DNA of 64,000 nt from Convolutriloba macropyga (taxonomy: Eukaryota), in NCBI RefSeq assembly GCF_964194025.1, contig NC_134480.1:25668001-25732000 (forward strand), in the 5' to 3' direction. The notes under the pieces were generated by a model. The model searched no databases. It was not told the origin of the DNA and saw only the letters and a list, made by a program, of their open reading frames with translations. Positions within the stretch are counted from its first letter, which is position 1. Each line of letters opens with the position of its first letter. A program made the translations under genes and the position numbers. Shown piece by piece: positions 1-12,560 of the stretch.

Positions 1-777
1 GCTTGTTTGGACACTTAACAAGCAATTTCCGTCCATCTGATCGTATTGCACCCCAAAACATAAGTGATCGTTTGTCCGAACTCAATTTTTTTGTGTTTTT
101 TCAAGAAATCTCGTTCCATTTCTTCGAAAAAACTCTAACAATTCCGTCGCTGGAGATGCGCACCCTTGTTTCATCAGTAACAACCACATTCTGCCAGAAA
201 GAGAACGGCTTCTTGAGCATGAGCATATTGATACACCATTTTGAACAAAAACACTTGCTTTTATTCTTCAAACTGACTTTTTTTGCAGCATTTCTTGAAA
301 AAACGCCTTATTTTTTTGAGAATTCGTATAACTGTACCTCTGGAAATTGTATCGTAGCAAGAGAAAGCGTTATGAGCCACACGAATTCGCTCCAGTGAGG
401 TTTTGGGATCTTTCAAAGCATCGGCAACTAACTTTTTTTCTGATTTTTTTTGACAATTTAGGGGGTCTTCCGCTCGATTTTTGGGCCTGGAAACTGTTGT
501 TTTTCAGGTAACGGTTGTATGCATACTGTGCACTGGTTCTTGATTTTAATTTGAGTTGCTTTTGTATTTTATACCATGAAAATCCGACATCTCTTAGCGT
601 AACAACTTGGCAAACGGTATAAGAACAAAGCGGTTTAACCATCTTTTCTGTTTAAGCGGAGAAATTGAGAATGAAATATCTCTTAAAACTTCTAAATTTC
701 ACACCTTTTTTCACGCCTTGTCGCAAATCATGCTTATGAAGCACGAATCATGCTTTGAAAGCCGAAATCATGCTGTA
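1..777 (-). mobile_element. Tc1/mariner DNA transposon, 5' part (frameshifted transposase, runs off the window edge)
   Basis: ORF 642-370 encodes a paired-like HTH ending in SGRPPKLS. The next frame gives WQNVVVTDETRV (first catalytic Asp) and LMFWGAI. The likely terminus is ...CTG|TA at 773-777, with three AATCATGCT subterminal repeats spaced 20 bp apart (726-774). Confidence 0.85.
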
Positions 778-1236
778 CGTAGCTTTTTGGTACCAAAGTG
801 TATTTGTCAATTGTGAGGTTGCTTTCGGACTTGTGATTTGATTAGAAAAATGTCAAAGAATGTAATCAGTCGTCTCTTTCAACGAACTAACGATGTTTTT
901 GTGACTGTTTTGGAATTTTTGGTCATTGTTATCTCATTACTTTTATCTGACATGGCAATCATGAATAAATTAGAAATTTTTATCCTCGTTTTGTAAGAGG
1001 CAGATAGGGATTAATCAGGGATTTATTTTCATTTACACTCAAACAAAAAACGACGATCAAAGTGTTCAAAAATTTTGGACTGTTAATTAGTTTTTATGTA
1101 TCAGATTTTTTGTGACAGCCTTTTATCTGTGACAAGAAACGAAAAATTTCGGAAAACCTTTTTTTATATCAGTAAGAAGAACCGAAGCACTTTTTTGCCT
1201 AACTTGCAACTTTTTGACTTGTAATCTGTTTGTTTT

Positions 1237-3126
1237 CATGAGTTTTATTGATTATTTGCGTCAGTTAATAATTTCTATTATTAACTGATGCAAACAACTA
1301 CCGAACTCAGCATACGGGTATGAAGTTTTCTTTTCTCAATATAAAGTGTAAATTTTAACTGTACACAAAACAATTTAATTCAAACATTTTTGTTTAAAAT
1401 TAGTTGTTCATAAAAAATAAAAGTTTGTATTTTTTTGTCAAAGACATAATTGATAAGAATAGCAACCAGAGAACATTTTCACTGGCAGGAAGATCAAAGC
1501 AGCTGTTTACTTTCTTTATAATTTTCAAAAGATATATAAAAGAAATTGCGGCGCAAGTTCAATTAAAAGCTGTTAAAAATATGAAAAGTTTATAAGGCGA
1601 AACATTACTGTTCTTTTTTTTCATAAAATGGGGCCCAGTAGAGCAGCTCATTTAACACCATTTTAGTTGAAACAATGACTTTTGTATTTGAATACAACTA
1701 CGATTTTGACAAACATCATTTCTTCCCCAAAAAATAGGAAAGCTCCCAAATAAATGTGTTCTCTTTCCGATGCAAGAAATCTTTGGAAAAATTAGGCAAA
1801 TAACATGATGGCCAATGTTTTGACGTTGATTTTATAGTTTTCAGAAATTCGTCAAATAAGATTGGACATAACATGAGTTAAGCACATGAGAAAACAATTA
1901 TTGCTCACATATTCTGGTTTTGAGAACTTCTCTGATGCCTAACAGAAAAGATCAAACTTCTTCGATTACTTGTTAAATTTTTCTTATAAACGAAATTTTA
2001 GTTAGCCCCTTAGTTAGCCTCGTTCAGGTTGGACAAAAAATTGTTGGCAACTTGTACGCTAAGGTTCTTTTTATGAGTTTTATTGCGGCCTGAAAAACTT
2101 TGATTGATCAATGCAAATAACTGCTCATCATACGGGTGTGAAATGGTTTTTTTTCTCGCTATCAAGTGTATATTTTACCTGTACAGAAATCAAATTAATT
2201 CAAAAGTTTTTTTTTCAAAATTATTTGTTTGTTAAATTTTTAGGGTTTGTATTTTGTGCAAAATGAATGATTGATTAAAAAAAACGCTACAAGAAAACAC
2301 GTCCACTTAATGAAAAATTAATGCTGCTGTTTTTTGCTTTATGTTTTTTTCGAAAATAAAATGTCAAAGAAAATTGCGCCGCATTTTCGATTAAAAAGCA
2401 GTTAAAAAACAGCAATTTACATTTTAAGACAAGATATTGTGATTGTGTTTCAGGAATTCAACCCATTAGAGCACATTATATGACACTATTTTGATTGAAA
2501 CAATAACTTTGATAAATGAGTGCATATAAAACTTTCTTTTCCTTCCCCTGAAAAAAGACAGTTCCTACATGTGTTCCCTTTTGTTTTGCTAGGGTTTTTA
2601 AAAAATTTTGGACTAAAACACGATATCTATTATTTCGACGTTTAATTTTTTGTGCTTAGAAATTTGACAAAACAGATTGGTCATAACTTTAGCTAAGCAC
2701 TCGAGAACACGACTATTGCTCAATTTTTTTGGTTTTGTTATGCATAGGGTTTTCAAAAAAATTGGCCAAAAACACGATATTCAATATTTCGACGTTAAAT
2801 TTTTTGTGCTTAGAAATTTGACAAAACAGATTGGTCATAACTTTAGCTAAGCACACGAGAACACGACTATTGCTCAATTTTTTTGGTTTTGCTATGCATA
2901 GGGTTTTCAAAAAAATTGGCCAAAAACACGATATTCAATATTTCGACGTTAAATTTTTTGTGCTTAGAAAATTGACAAAACAGACTGGTCACATCTTTAG
3001 CTAAGCACAAGAGAACACGATTATTGCTCAAATTTTTTGGATTTTTTTGGAGAACTTCTGTTGTGCCTAACAAAACCGGTCAAATTATGTCACTTTCTCG
3101 CTAACTTCTTCTCAATCGGTTATTCT
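1237..3126. repeat. Diverged ~840-bp direct duplication (about 1237-1980 vs about 2072-3126)
   Basis: Colinear shared blocks occur in both copies, e.g. atgagttttattg, catacgggt.tgaa, aaagaa(a)attgcg.cgca and gagaacttct...tgcctaaca. Confidence 0.7.
2590..3045. repeat. Tandem repeat, 154-bp unit x3
   Basis: aacacgatat recurs at about 2617, 2771 and 2925, and the units are near-identical. Confidence 0.92.
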
Positions 3127-3326
3127 NNNNNNNNNNNNNNNNNNNNNNNNNNNNNNNNNNNNNNNNNNNNNNNNNNNNNNNNNNNNNNNNNNNNNNNNNN
3201 NNNNNNNNNNNNNNNNNNNNNNNNNNNNNNNNNNNNNNNNNNNNNNNNNNNNNNNNNNNNNNNNNNNNNNNNNNNNNNNNNNNNNNNNNNNNNNNNNNNN
3301 NNNNNNNNNNNNNNNNNNNNNNNNNN
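3127..3326. other. Assembly gap (other gaps at about 4146-4315 and 43862-44017)
   Basis: Runs of N. Confidence 0.99.
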
Positions 3327-5149
3327 AATGAATGGAAGTGAAAAAGTGAATAAGTAAAAAATTGATTAAGTAAAAAGTGATGCAAGCATTATTTTCACTG
3401 TTGTCGACAAGAGACCTCAAAAAGCCAAAAATTGGCAAATGTGTACTTTTGAGGCACAATGAAAGATCAGAGCCATTATATCATCCAACCAACAAGAAAA
3501 TCCTTCACAAGAGAATCAATTTTAATATAAAAATGTAGAAATTAGTTAGATATTTCAGATAAATAATAACCTTTGTCAACACTAGGTCTGATACCGCGAT
3601 CATAGTCTGGTTATAAAATAAACTTCGGCTTCTGCAGCATTCGAAGTTGCCAGTTGAGAATATTGCCACATGATCAGCAAAATAGAAAAGGTTTTCCTGA
3701 ATACAGTTTAATATTGATTTTCCAGATCTATTGCTCATAATTTTGAAGCTGACTGGAAATAAAAACGATTTAGTTGAAAAACGCTAAGCTCAAATTCAAA
3801 AATAGTAAATTTTAAATTTAAAATTAGTTTGCATCGTAGAAAACGACCAACAGAAGTCTTTTGAAGTATGGTTCTGAATTACGGTTGGGTAATTATAAAC
3901 AAAAATGAATAATTGTGAGTTTTTTAAGAAATGAGTAAAGATGAAATCGGCTTGCAATAAAACAACAACCAAACAAGCAACAACCTGTTAGAGGGAACGT
4001 CGCGTCCTCAAGCCTCGTGGTCTCAGTGAGACTTCGATTAGCGCCTTCGTGGAGGAGGAAAGGCTGCACTGAGTGTTTGGCTGCCTAATTTATTCCTTTG
4101 CTTATTACCTGATATTACATTTTTATTTTAATCCTTCCATACCAGNNNNNNNNNNNNNNNNNNNNNNNNNNNNNNNNNNNNNNNNNNNNNNNNNNNNNNN
4201 NNNNNNNNNNNNNNNNNNNNNNNNNNNNNNNNNNNNNNNNNNNNNNNNNNNNNNNNNNNNNNNNNNNNNNNNNNNNNNNNNNNNNNNNNNNNNNNNNNNN
4301 NNNNNNNNNNNNNNNTGTTAGTTATTTTTATGACTGGGCCGTCTCTAAACTGTCTGGAGGGGAACAACTTGGAGTGCAGCATCCGGCTAAGTGCTACTCA
4401 TCCTCCCTTTTTTTCTGAACTACATTCATCGTTGCCGGATGGTGTACAAGGCCCTTTCAATTTTGTTAAGTTTACGAATAAGAACTACCAGTAGCTGTGT
4501 GTGAATACAAAATTTGTCACCTAAGGCTCAGTATAATCAGTAAAACATCTGGTTGTTCATATCTAAAAAGTAATTAAAACAATAGAATGACTTATATATA
4601 TTTATTGCTATATGTAGTTATTAAACCAGTTTTTACTCTGATACACACCAAATGAAAATATTAATGAATTCAATTGCAGGAAAAAACGTAACTGATTTAA
4701 AGTTATACTATGGCATCGACGTAATTCATGCAGCATAATTGCGCAATTTCATTTCCTGTGGTATTATTCGTGCTCAGTAAGCTTTTTTGCGTGTGAAATT
4801 TTGAAATTATAAGATCATTTCATCTTCCTTTTCTCTGCATAAATAAAAAGGTTAAACCACTTTGTTATTATTATTGTCGGCTTTTCATGGACACAAATAC
4901 TAAAAGAACTTAAATTAAAGTTAAAATTATTGCCCAGCATGCATGTCCTGATGCCGCAAATTCGAGAGATCAACAAAATTGTCTAGAAAATTCCAAAAAG
5001 TCAGCAAAAGATATGTTTAAAGATTCAAAAACCTAGGGGGTTCATTTAAGAAACGCTACAAAAAAAGTCTGATTGACAAAAGAAATTGTTTTTGGTCAAA
5101 ATAACGCCTCAATATGTCCATTTTGAGACATAACGATAAATATAAACAT

Positions 5150-5300
5150 TAGTAATTGGTAGCAAAATAATGTTCATGTGTATTGATCAAAAGCTTTTCG
5201 ATTTTCTTGAAAGGAATGGAAGATACTGGAGTTGCAAGCATATAGTCCCTAAATGAATCTCTTTGAGAAATCAAGGCTATTTGGAAACCGCAATTACAAA
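5150..5300 (+). mobile_element. Highly decayed Tc1-like transposase C-terminal relic
   Basis: Translation *QNNVHVY...ILELQAYSP*MNLFEK resembles the Tc1 motifs QQDNAPxH and WPxxSPDLNPIEN. Confidence 0.5.
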
Positions 5301-5927
5301 TATAGACAGTTCATTTCTTAGCAAAGTTTGCGGAAAAACTGCTGGAGTTCTGGGAACAAATTAATGTATATATTGTGAGAAACAAAAATGAAAACTACTC
5401 AAAACAATGACTAGACTTCTAAAAATTATATGCGTAATAAAATAATGGGTCACAAGAGAAGGCTTATGAACTCAATCTGTTATTTGTTTTGTTTATTTTT
5501 TACGTTATCAAGAAATTTATATGTATATGCGACTTTTGGCAACATAAAATTCGATAATTAAAACTGCGTCAATTTTGCTAAAGTTGACAATAATCAAAAT
5601 GACAAGCAACAGAGCACTCATTATTATGGCCAATTTCATATTATCAAAAGCTCACTTTTTTGGTAATTATATTTTCCCGAACACTGACGATGAAATTATA
5701 AAAACCACTGGTCTAAAAATTTACAATTATTTTTTTCCACGCAAGAAACGGTAATCAAGCACAATTAAATAGTACGAGTGATTAACTTGTTTGTTTAACT
5801 TAACACTTAGTCATTGTCATCGAGTCTCTGTGTTAGAGTATGTACTCTAGTAAGTAAGTTGTGATCATAAGATGGAGCTTGAAATGATAGCTCAGTATAA
5901 GAGAGCATAGTAAGACTCTCGCATTGT

Positions 5928-6003
5928 GGAGCAGTTGGCTGAGTGGAGAGCACAGGATTGCAATCAATTAAGAGATTTTGGGTTCGCAACCCACAAAGGT
6001 CCC
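5928..6003 (+). mobile_element. tRNA-derived SINE head (Pol III A/B boxes)
   Basis: A box TGGCTGAGTGG and B-like box GGTTCGCAACCC at tRNA-like spacing; no proper cloverleaf. Confidence 0.55.
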
Positions 6004-6649
6004 AAACTTTACTCTCACTATAATGGTGTTGACATAGAATCAACATTTCGAGCAAAGAGTTGCCCTAATACTCTGCATCAACTAAAAATGTTTTTCTTTT
6101 AAACCGGATATAAGATTATGAACGTATCAAATTAATGATTTATTTATTTTTTAGATTTATTAAAAGTCAAAATAATTAGACATTTTTTCTCTCAAAAAAT
6201 TTTAATTCGGCGCAATTACTTAGTAAGGGTGCCACACTTCTTTTGTTCTCCTTACAGTTTATCAGTGTCATCAAGTCTCTGCATGCACTTAAAATTTTTT
6301 AAATCAAATTTCATCATCAGATTGCGTGAGATATATTAGTAAATGTTCTTTTTTTGTTTGAGAAGTTTTCCTTAAGTTTTCAAAGATCGTTTATCAACCA
6401 TAAATAACTCGGAACATTCTCTGTGCTCATCAATTTCTCCTCTTTCTAAGAGCATCGATGTTTTCTTTTTTTGGCAAACTTTGTTTAAAATTTTGTATAC
6501 AGAACTTCTTGCAGAAACTTTTCAACAAACTGACTTCATTCATTGAAGTTTGGGTAAATGTGTACGATGGATAATATCGTTAAGCCAGAGTGACTTCAAA
6601 GATCTTTTGTAATGCTCCTAGGACACAACTTTTTACTTTTCTGACTTTT

Positions 6650-6737
6650 TTGGGTTCGCGGGTACTACCGTACAAGGGTTCGAACCTCTACCTCATGCGT
6701 GTCACCAACTTCGTAATCCACTGCGCCATCTGTCACT
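6650..6737 (-). mobile_element. tRNA-derived SINE head
   Basis: Minus strand has A box TGGCGCAGTGG and B box GGTTCGAACCC; the acceptor stem does not form. Confidence 0.6.
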
Positions 6738-6784
6738 TAATTCAATGATATTTCCTGTGAATATAAGATAAGCGTTGAAATTAG

Positions 6785-7115
6785 CGCGGTGAATATTTGT
6801 AAGATTTGCAATTTTAGCGGTGAAAAATTTTTTTCACCGCATTCTGCTGGTAGCGGTGAAAATTTTTTTTCACCGCATTCTGCTGGTAGCGGTGAAAAAT
6901 TTTTTTTCACCGCATTCTGCTGGTAGCGGTGAAAATTTTTTTTCACCGCATCCTGCTTGTAGCGGTGAAAAATTTTCTTTCACCGCTAAAGCGCTGAAAA
7001 AAAATTTTCACCGCTTAAAAGTTTTTTTTCACCGCATTCAACGCATTGAACGCAAATCTTACACTTTTGCTCAAATTCACCGCAAATCCTACATCTTTTA
7101 GCGATTTTTAGCGGT
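6785..7115. repeat. Array of ~36-37-bp palindromic units (GCGGTGAAAA-TTTTCACCGC plus constant linker) inside inverted flanks, MITE/foldback-like
   Basis: About 5 good and 2-3 degenerate units of agcggtgaaaa(a)ttttttttcaccgcattctgctggt. The flanks tgtaagatttgc and gcaaatcttaca are inverted. Confidence 0.85.
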
Positions 7116-7639
7116 GACACCTCGACCCGGGTCAACAACCAAATTTCGCTCAAACTGTGTTGGAAAATATTCAAATTCGACTGAGCTCGTGAAAAGAAAA
7201 AGATTGTTGTGCTGTTATACAAAATCAGAATTCAGTTTACCCGTAGTTTCTCAACTTGAGTTATTCGCTCAAAATAACTGAAAAATCAGTTTCTTTACTG
7301 AAAATGCGCACAGAGCAAAAACATCAATGATCTTAAATTAGACTCAATCAAAATTTTAGTGAGCTCAATGGGTTCGATCGACGAAACCGATTCGTAAAAA
7401 AATTAGACTTCGTCCAGCCCTTACCTCCACAAGTTTATGACAGGGCCATTAATTAATTAATTTGCTATAAAATAGACGTTAAAATCTCAATTGGAATACC
7501 CCAAAGAAACCAGTTGGCAGAATGTTTAGTACCACACAATTTACTTGAAAAAACAGTCAGTTTTGAAAGAATTCCGTTCAAACAATTTTTAGAGGAAATA
7601 GATATTTTTAAACAAGTAAATTGAAAATATAACCCCGGG

Positions 7640-9040
7640 GTTAAATATTACAAGTTGAAAATGTTTTTTAAATGTAAAAATAACTTTCAAAACCACCAAC
7701 GTTCCTTTCCAGCAGTACAAGTTTGAATTAATGCAGCAGATGCTGTTTTAACATGCGTTTAAACTGTGAGCGTGATCTGATAGTCGGGACTTCACATGGG
7801 AAGTTTATTCCATTTTTGGATGCTTCCTTTTGTAATGATCGACTGCTCGACCTTAGTAGAATTAGCTGTTCAGTTCTGTTGTTTTTTCTTACTAAGACAT
7901 TACCACTTAGAAAAAACTCTCAGTGCCGTCTGCCTTCAATAATGAAATATCATTCCTAAGTTTTGAAACACTCATCTGGCTTATTAAAAGTTCTGCAGGT
8001 AAAATGTCGGATTTTACTGCGAGATCTCTAGATCTCTCATACTGTTTTCTCATATGGCAAACTCTAATTACCCAATTAATTTGTCGATTATTTCGCTGCA
8101 TTGCAGAGAAATTCAAATTCTAAAAAAATAGAGCACTGAATGTTAAATGAGAAAGGAATAAGGATTTGAATAGCATCAATCGTGCTTTTAGAGGTAACTG
8201 ATAACGTATAATGTATATGGATCTAATCGCTGTGGTCATATTTGATAGGAATTTGTTGAGTTGTACATGAAAGTTTAATTTAGAATCAATCATTATACCC
8301 AAGTATCTGCAGTGCCTTTGTGGCTTCATTTCCTGTCCCCGAAAAAAAATATGATCAGAATTTTCATTTTCTTTTGTGACGCAATGAAGTTCAGTTTTAC
8401 CGGTATTCATGGTTAATTTGTTTTGCTTTAGATAATTTTCTAATTTGTCCAGTATTTCAGAAACACTTTTTTCCAGTTCGCTGACTTTGTTTCTGCAAAA
8501 ATGGAAACTTGTGTCATGAGCAAACTGAATTATGTCGAAGTTTCCTTGTACATTTTCTCGAAAATCATTAAAGTAGAGAAGAAAACTTAGTGGCCCTAAA
8601 ACCGTTCTCTGTAGAGCGCCATGGTTTGTTTCAAACCATTCTGAGCAAACATCAACTATCTTAACACACTGCTGTCTGTTTTTAAGAACTGAAGCAGATA
8701 AATCAACAGCACTTTCTGAAAAACCGTAAGTTTCAACCTTTTTGAGAAAAATTTCATGCGATATTGAATTAAATACTTTAGCTAGATCAATAAAAACAGC
8801 AACTGAAATTTTTAAGTTATCATAGTTTTCTTGTAATGCTTCGATTAAGTGTATAACAGCATCTGTAGAAGACTTATGTTTTTGAAATCCAAACTGTGTA
8901 TTGTTCAAAATTTTTTCTTTTTGTATAAATTCGTTAACCCGATTGAGAAGTATACGCTCAAATAGTTTTATAAACATTGGAGTAATTGAGATAGGCCTAT
9001 AGTTCTCACAAATTTTTACATCCCCTTTTTTGTAGAACAG
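7640..9040 (-). mobile_element. 5'-truncated CR1/L2-group LINE (RT domain, decayed)
   Basis: ORF 9094-8120 contains NYRPISI, QFGF, FIDLAKVFNSISH, GALQRTVLGP, FAHDT (mutated FADD) and RYLGIMIDSKLNF. Confidence 0.9.
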
Positions 9041-10039
9041 ACTAATGAAAGCAAAATAAAATAAAAAATAACCATAAGTCATCCAAGCTGTCATTTATGT
9101 TATATTAAATAGAAAGCCAAAAACGAAATCAGATTGGGTCTATAAATTGTTATTTTGTTCCTGTTAGAAAAAAAACATTTTAACTCTCCCAGGTTTCTAT
9201 TTTAATTGATAATATTTAGACATATTTAGAAATAAAAAATATCATTCATAATTATTTTTGTGCACTCTCTAATTTCCTTCTGAAAGAAGATATTCCATTA
9301 AATTATTCCACTTTCACTATTGGCGAATAAGTTGATACCACATAGGGTTGGTTGAAGTGGACACCATAACCGGTTGCATCTCATTTTGAAATATTTAGTT
9401 CTGCCAATTCTGTTTCAGTGTTAAGAATTTCAGTATTTTGAATTGTTAAAATGCCCGTTGATAAGCATATACTTTTGCCTGCATTGGAAGAGCTCTATCT
9501 CGGTACTCGTGATGAAAATTTTGTCTATCCCCCTAGTTCTATCAAATTTTAGACGTATGACCTTTTTTAAGGTGAAAATTGAAAAAAAAATCCAGCGGAA
9601 TACAAGTGATAGAAGAAGAAGTGACCTGAAAGGCACTAGACTTGAGAATGGCAAGTAATTTTATGTCGTATGAAAAAATAAAAGAAATGACAGAAGCGAT
9701 GTTTTTGGTTTCTTATTCAGTAAGCATCAATTTGGTTAGAGTTTCTTTGTTTGCAACGTGAACTAATATCCCTGCAAATATTTTTTGTCAGAGCTTCCTT
9801 ATCGAAAGAAGATTGGAAGAAAGAAAAGAAAATACTGGAGTATCGTTTTCGACTTTCTCAAAAAACGTGAACGTTAACTGGTTAGAAATCAAAATTAGAT
9901 GAGGAGCTTTATTCGTCAAAACATTTTTTGACACAATCCTCTCAATTGAGGAAACACGTCAGAAAATCGGTCGTCAGACAACTTCGTATACATAACCTGA
10001 GGACAAGCAAGTAATGAGGATAAGTTTAGAGAACTGCCT

Positions 10040-12560
10040 GTCGCTTTTAACAATTAATCGCAGAGTGCAACTCATTTTACTACTAAAGGAACAAGATATA
10101 GACATATTTTGCTTAACGAAAATATGGCTGACAGACGAAGAAAAAATTTGATAATATTTCTCTCCATGGCAAAATCGTGCAACAAAAGAGAATATAGGAA
10201 AGTTTGAAATCTTGGTGGTTTCTTTATTGCTATAAAAAGTACGCTAATTTTTTCCTGAACAACCTTGTATTAATTATCATCACCTCGTGTAGCACTCCAC
10301 AAAACAGCATATACGAGTTTTCTAAAACTGATCTTTGGAGCTCAATATATGAAGATTTATTTAAAGCAATTATTTAAAATTTTTGACTACAGGATGCAGA
10401 GAAAACTGGTATTTTTGAAATGTGATATACATTTTACACATACTGACGGGTGTACACTTTCTACAAGGAATTATCAAGAAAAAAAATTTTGAAGTGAAAC
10501 ACAAGTATGGAATCTTTGATCAACCGTCAACTCGAGGTTCAGGAGCAGAAAACAAGTGGCTCACTTTCAAATACTCAACATCAACAAAGCAAACTCGCAA
10601 TCAATTATATCACATTTCTGATCTCCACTTGTGGAAAATGTGTCCAAATGACCTATTACCTATTACAAAATATTTTATCACATTTTTTACAAGTCTTGCA
10701 AAAAACCAAACCGTCATGTTAAAAAATGACGGCTCGAAATGCCAGATTAAACCTCATCCTCTAACCTATGCATAAAAAACCAGTTGCAAACCAAACAAAA
10801 GATCAGAGAACATTAGAAATAACAGGATATGTTGAATTAATCATTGCTGAGAGATAAACAAATATTTGTCGAACTTTCTGTCCATTCATGCAATTGTACA
10901 AAAAAAATTGATTGATACAAATTTGTGTAGACACTTTTCCGAGAGCAGATTTTCCCAAATAACTGAAACATAAAGCTTGAGATTTAACAAGTTGTCGACA
11001 AATGCGCAATCAATCATTGAGAATTTTTATTCAGTTTTTGTTGAAGATAGTTCTGACAATGTGGTGCCAAAAGTAGTAAACATTATGGTGCCAAAAGGTG
11101 CCACAATTAATAAACGCCACACGTCATATACTTTATCTTAAATATTTATAGACGTATTGCTAACGCTTGCTAATTTCGCAAAGTCTGGAAAAGGCACACT
11201 TTCCTCCTCATCGCAAAAAATTAGCAATGCAAGAGTTAAAAATTACAGGTCCATTGCAATGCAACAGTTTTTAATCGAATAGTTAACGAAAAAAATATAA
11301 AAAACAGTCGAAAAGTGGCTCTGCACAGAGTATCATGGTTTTGGGCAAATGCATTCAACAGTAACCCGACTGTTACAATAATGTGATAAACTGTATCGAG
11401 CTTTAGATGAGACTTAGACCCCGTAAGCAGTTTACTTGGATATTGGTAATGCATTTGATACGATCAATTTCATTATTGATCTCCAGAAGCTCGCTTGTTT
11501 TATGTCTGACGAAAAGTTTTGACGTTTTTTCGGCTTTATATCTGACTTATTGACAGCAGAGATTAAAAATTGTAGACAGTCTCTCGACTTTCTTACAAAT
11601 CTCAAGTGGTGGATATCGGGGATCAATAAACTCGAAGTTTTGTTCTCCATGTATATAAATGACCTACCTGAACAACTTGTTAATAAATCACTCTTATTGC
11701 CGATGATTTTAATTAATAGGACAGATTTTTGGAAAAAACTGAAGATTGATACAAAAGAAATCATTGAATGGTCAGTTTCAAGAAAATCAAATTTCAACTT
11801 TGTCAAATTCAGCATTGTAAATCTCTCATTCAAGAATACAAATGTTCGGTTGATAGATTTACTTGCAATTCATATTGCTATCAAGAACGAAAATACAAAT
11901 TAAAGACCTCGGATTAATTTTTACGTCCAAACTGACCCAGAACTATTCCTCGATATGGCCACAAAGAAAGGAATTCAGAAGTTGAATCATCTTCAAAGAG
12001 TAATACCCCACAGCATAAGGGAAACTGTCAAATGCACATTGGTCAGAACCTGTATGTTCTCTGAGGTCTTTTATGCGTCAAACGTCTAAAACTCAGGACT
12101 TCAGTATCTTCAACGCTTCAAAGAACTTCAAAATTTTTTTCTAAAACGGATAACTTGCTGCTCAAACTTGGTTGACATGGAATACGTTAAAAACCTCATT
12201 ATCTTTTGCCTAATGCAGGCCACTTATTTTAAGATTTATAATAACGTCATTCTTCCTAAAGAGATTGTTTAGGGCTGATCTGCGTTGAGTGATCAAACCA
12301 CTGTTCATTAGCCTCTGGATGTGCAAAGACCACATCAAGTAAAAAGATATTCATTATAGCCAAAAAAACTGTTCGGAAGCGTTCTGAAGATATTTACTTT
12401 AAAGGAGTAGACCGATTCAATAAACCTTGTCTCTCTTAAACAGTCTTTCTAACTTTCGCCACAAAAAAATGGGGTTGGTTTCATAGAGAAGTGATAATTT
12501 TTTTGGAAAGGGAAGCAATAGAAATATTCAAGCACAAAATGTAACCTCCAGGAAGTTTTC
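10040..12560 (+). mobile_element. Decayed CR1-like LINE (APE + RT fragments)
   Basis: DIFCLTKIWL and GGFFIAIK (APE), then NYRSI, AVYLDIGNAFDTIN and YINDLPE (RT), in the correct order across many frameshifts. Confidence 0.75.

Noticed and set aside
3-398. 131-aa plus-strand ORF
   Set aside because: Antisense shadow of the Tc1 transposase.
3990-4090. HDV-like ribozyme
   Set aside because: The P1/P2/P3/L3 nested pseudoknot could not be assembled from the sequence.
3037-4382. ORFs crossing N runs (also 43822-44055)
   Set aside because: Artefacts of assembly gaps.
5928-6737. Functional tRNA genes (also 50233-50300)
   Set aside because: A and B boxes are present, but acceptor and anticodon stems do not form, so these were treated as SINE heads.
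6815-7035. CRISPR array
   Set aside because: The linkers between the palindromes are nearly identical and only about 11 nt long, there are no cas genes, and the context is eukaryotic.
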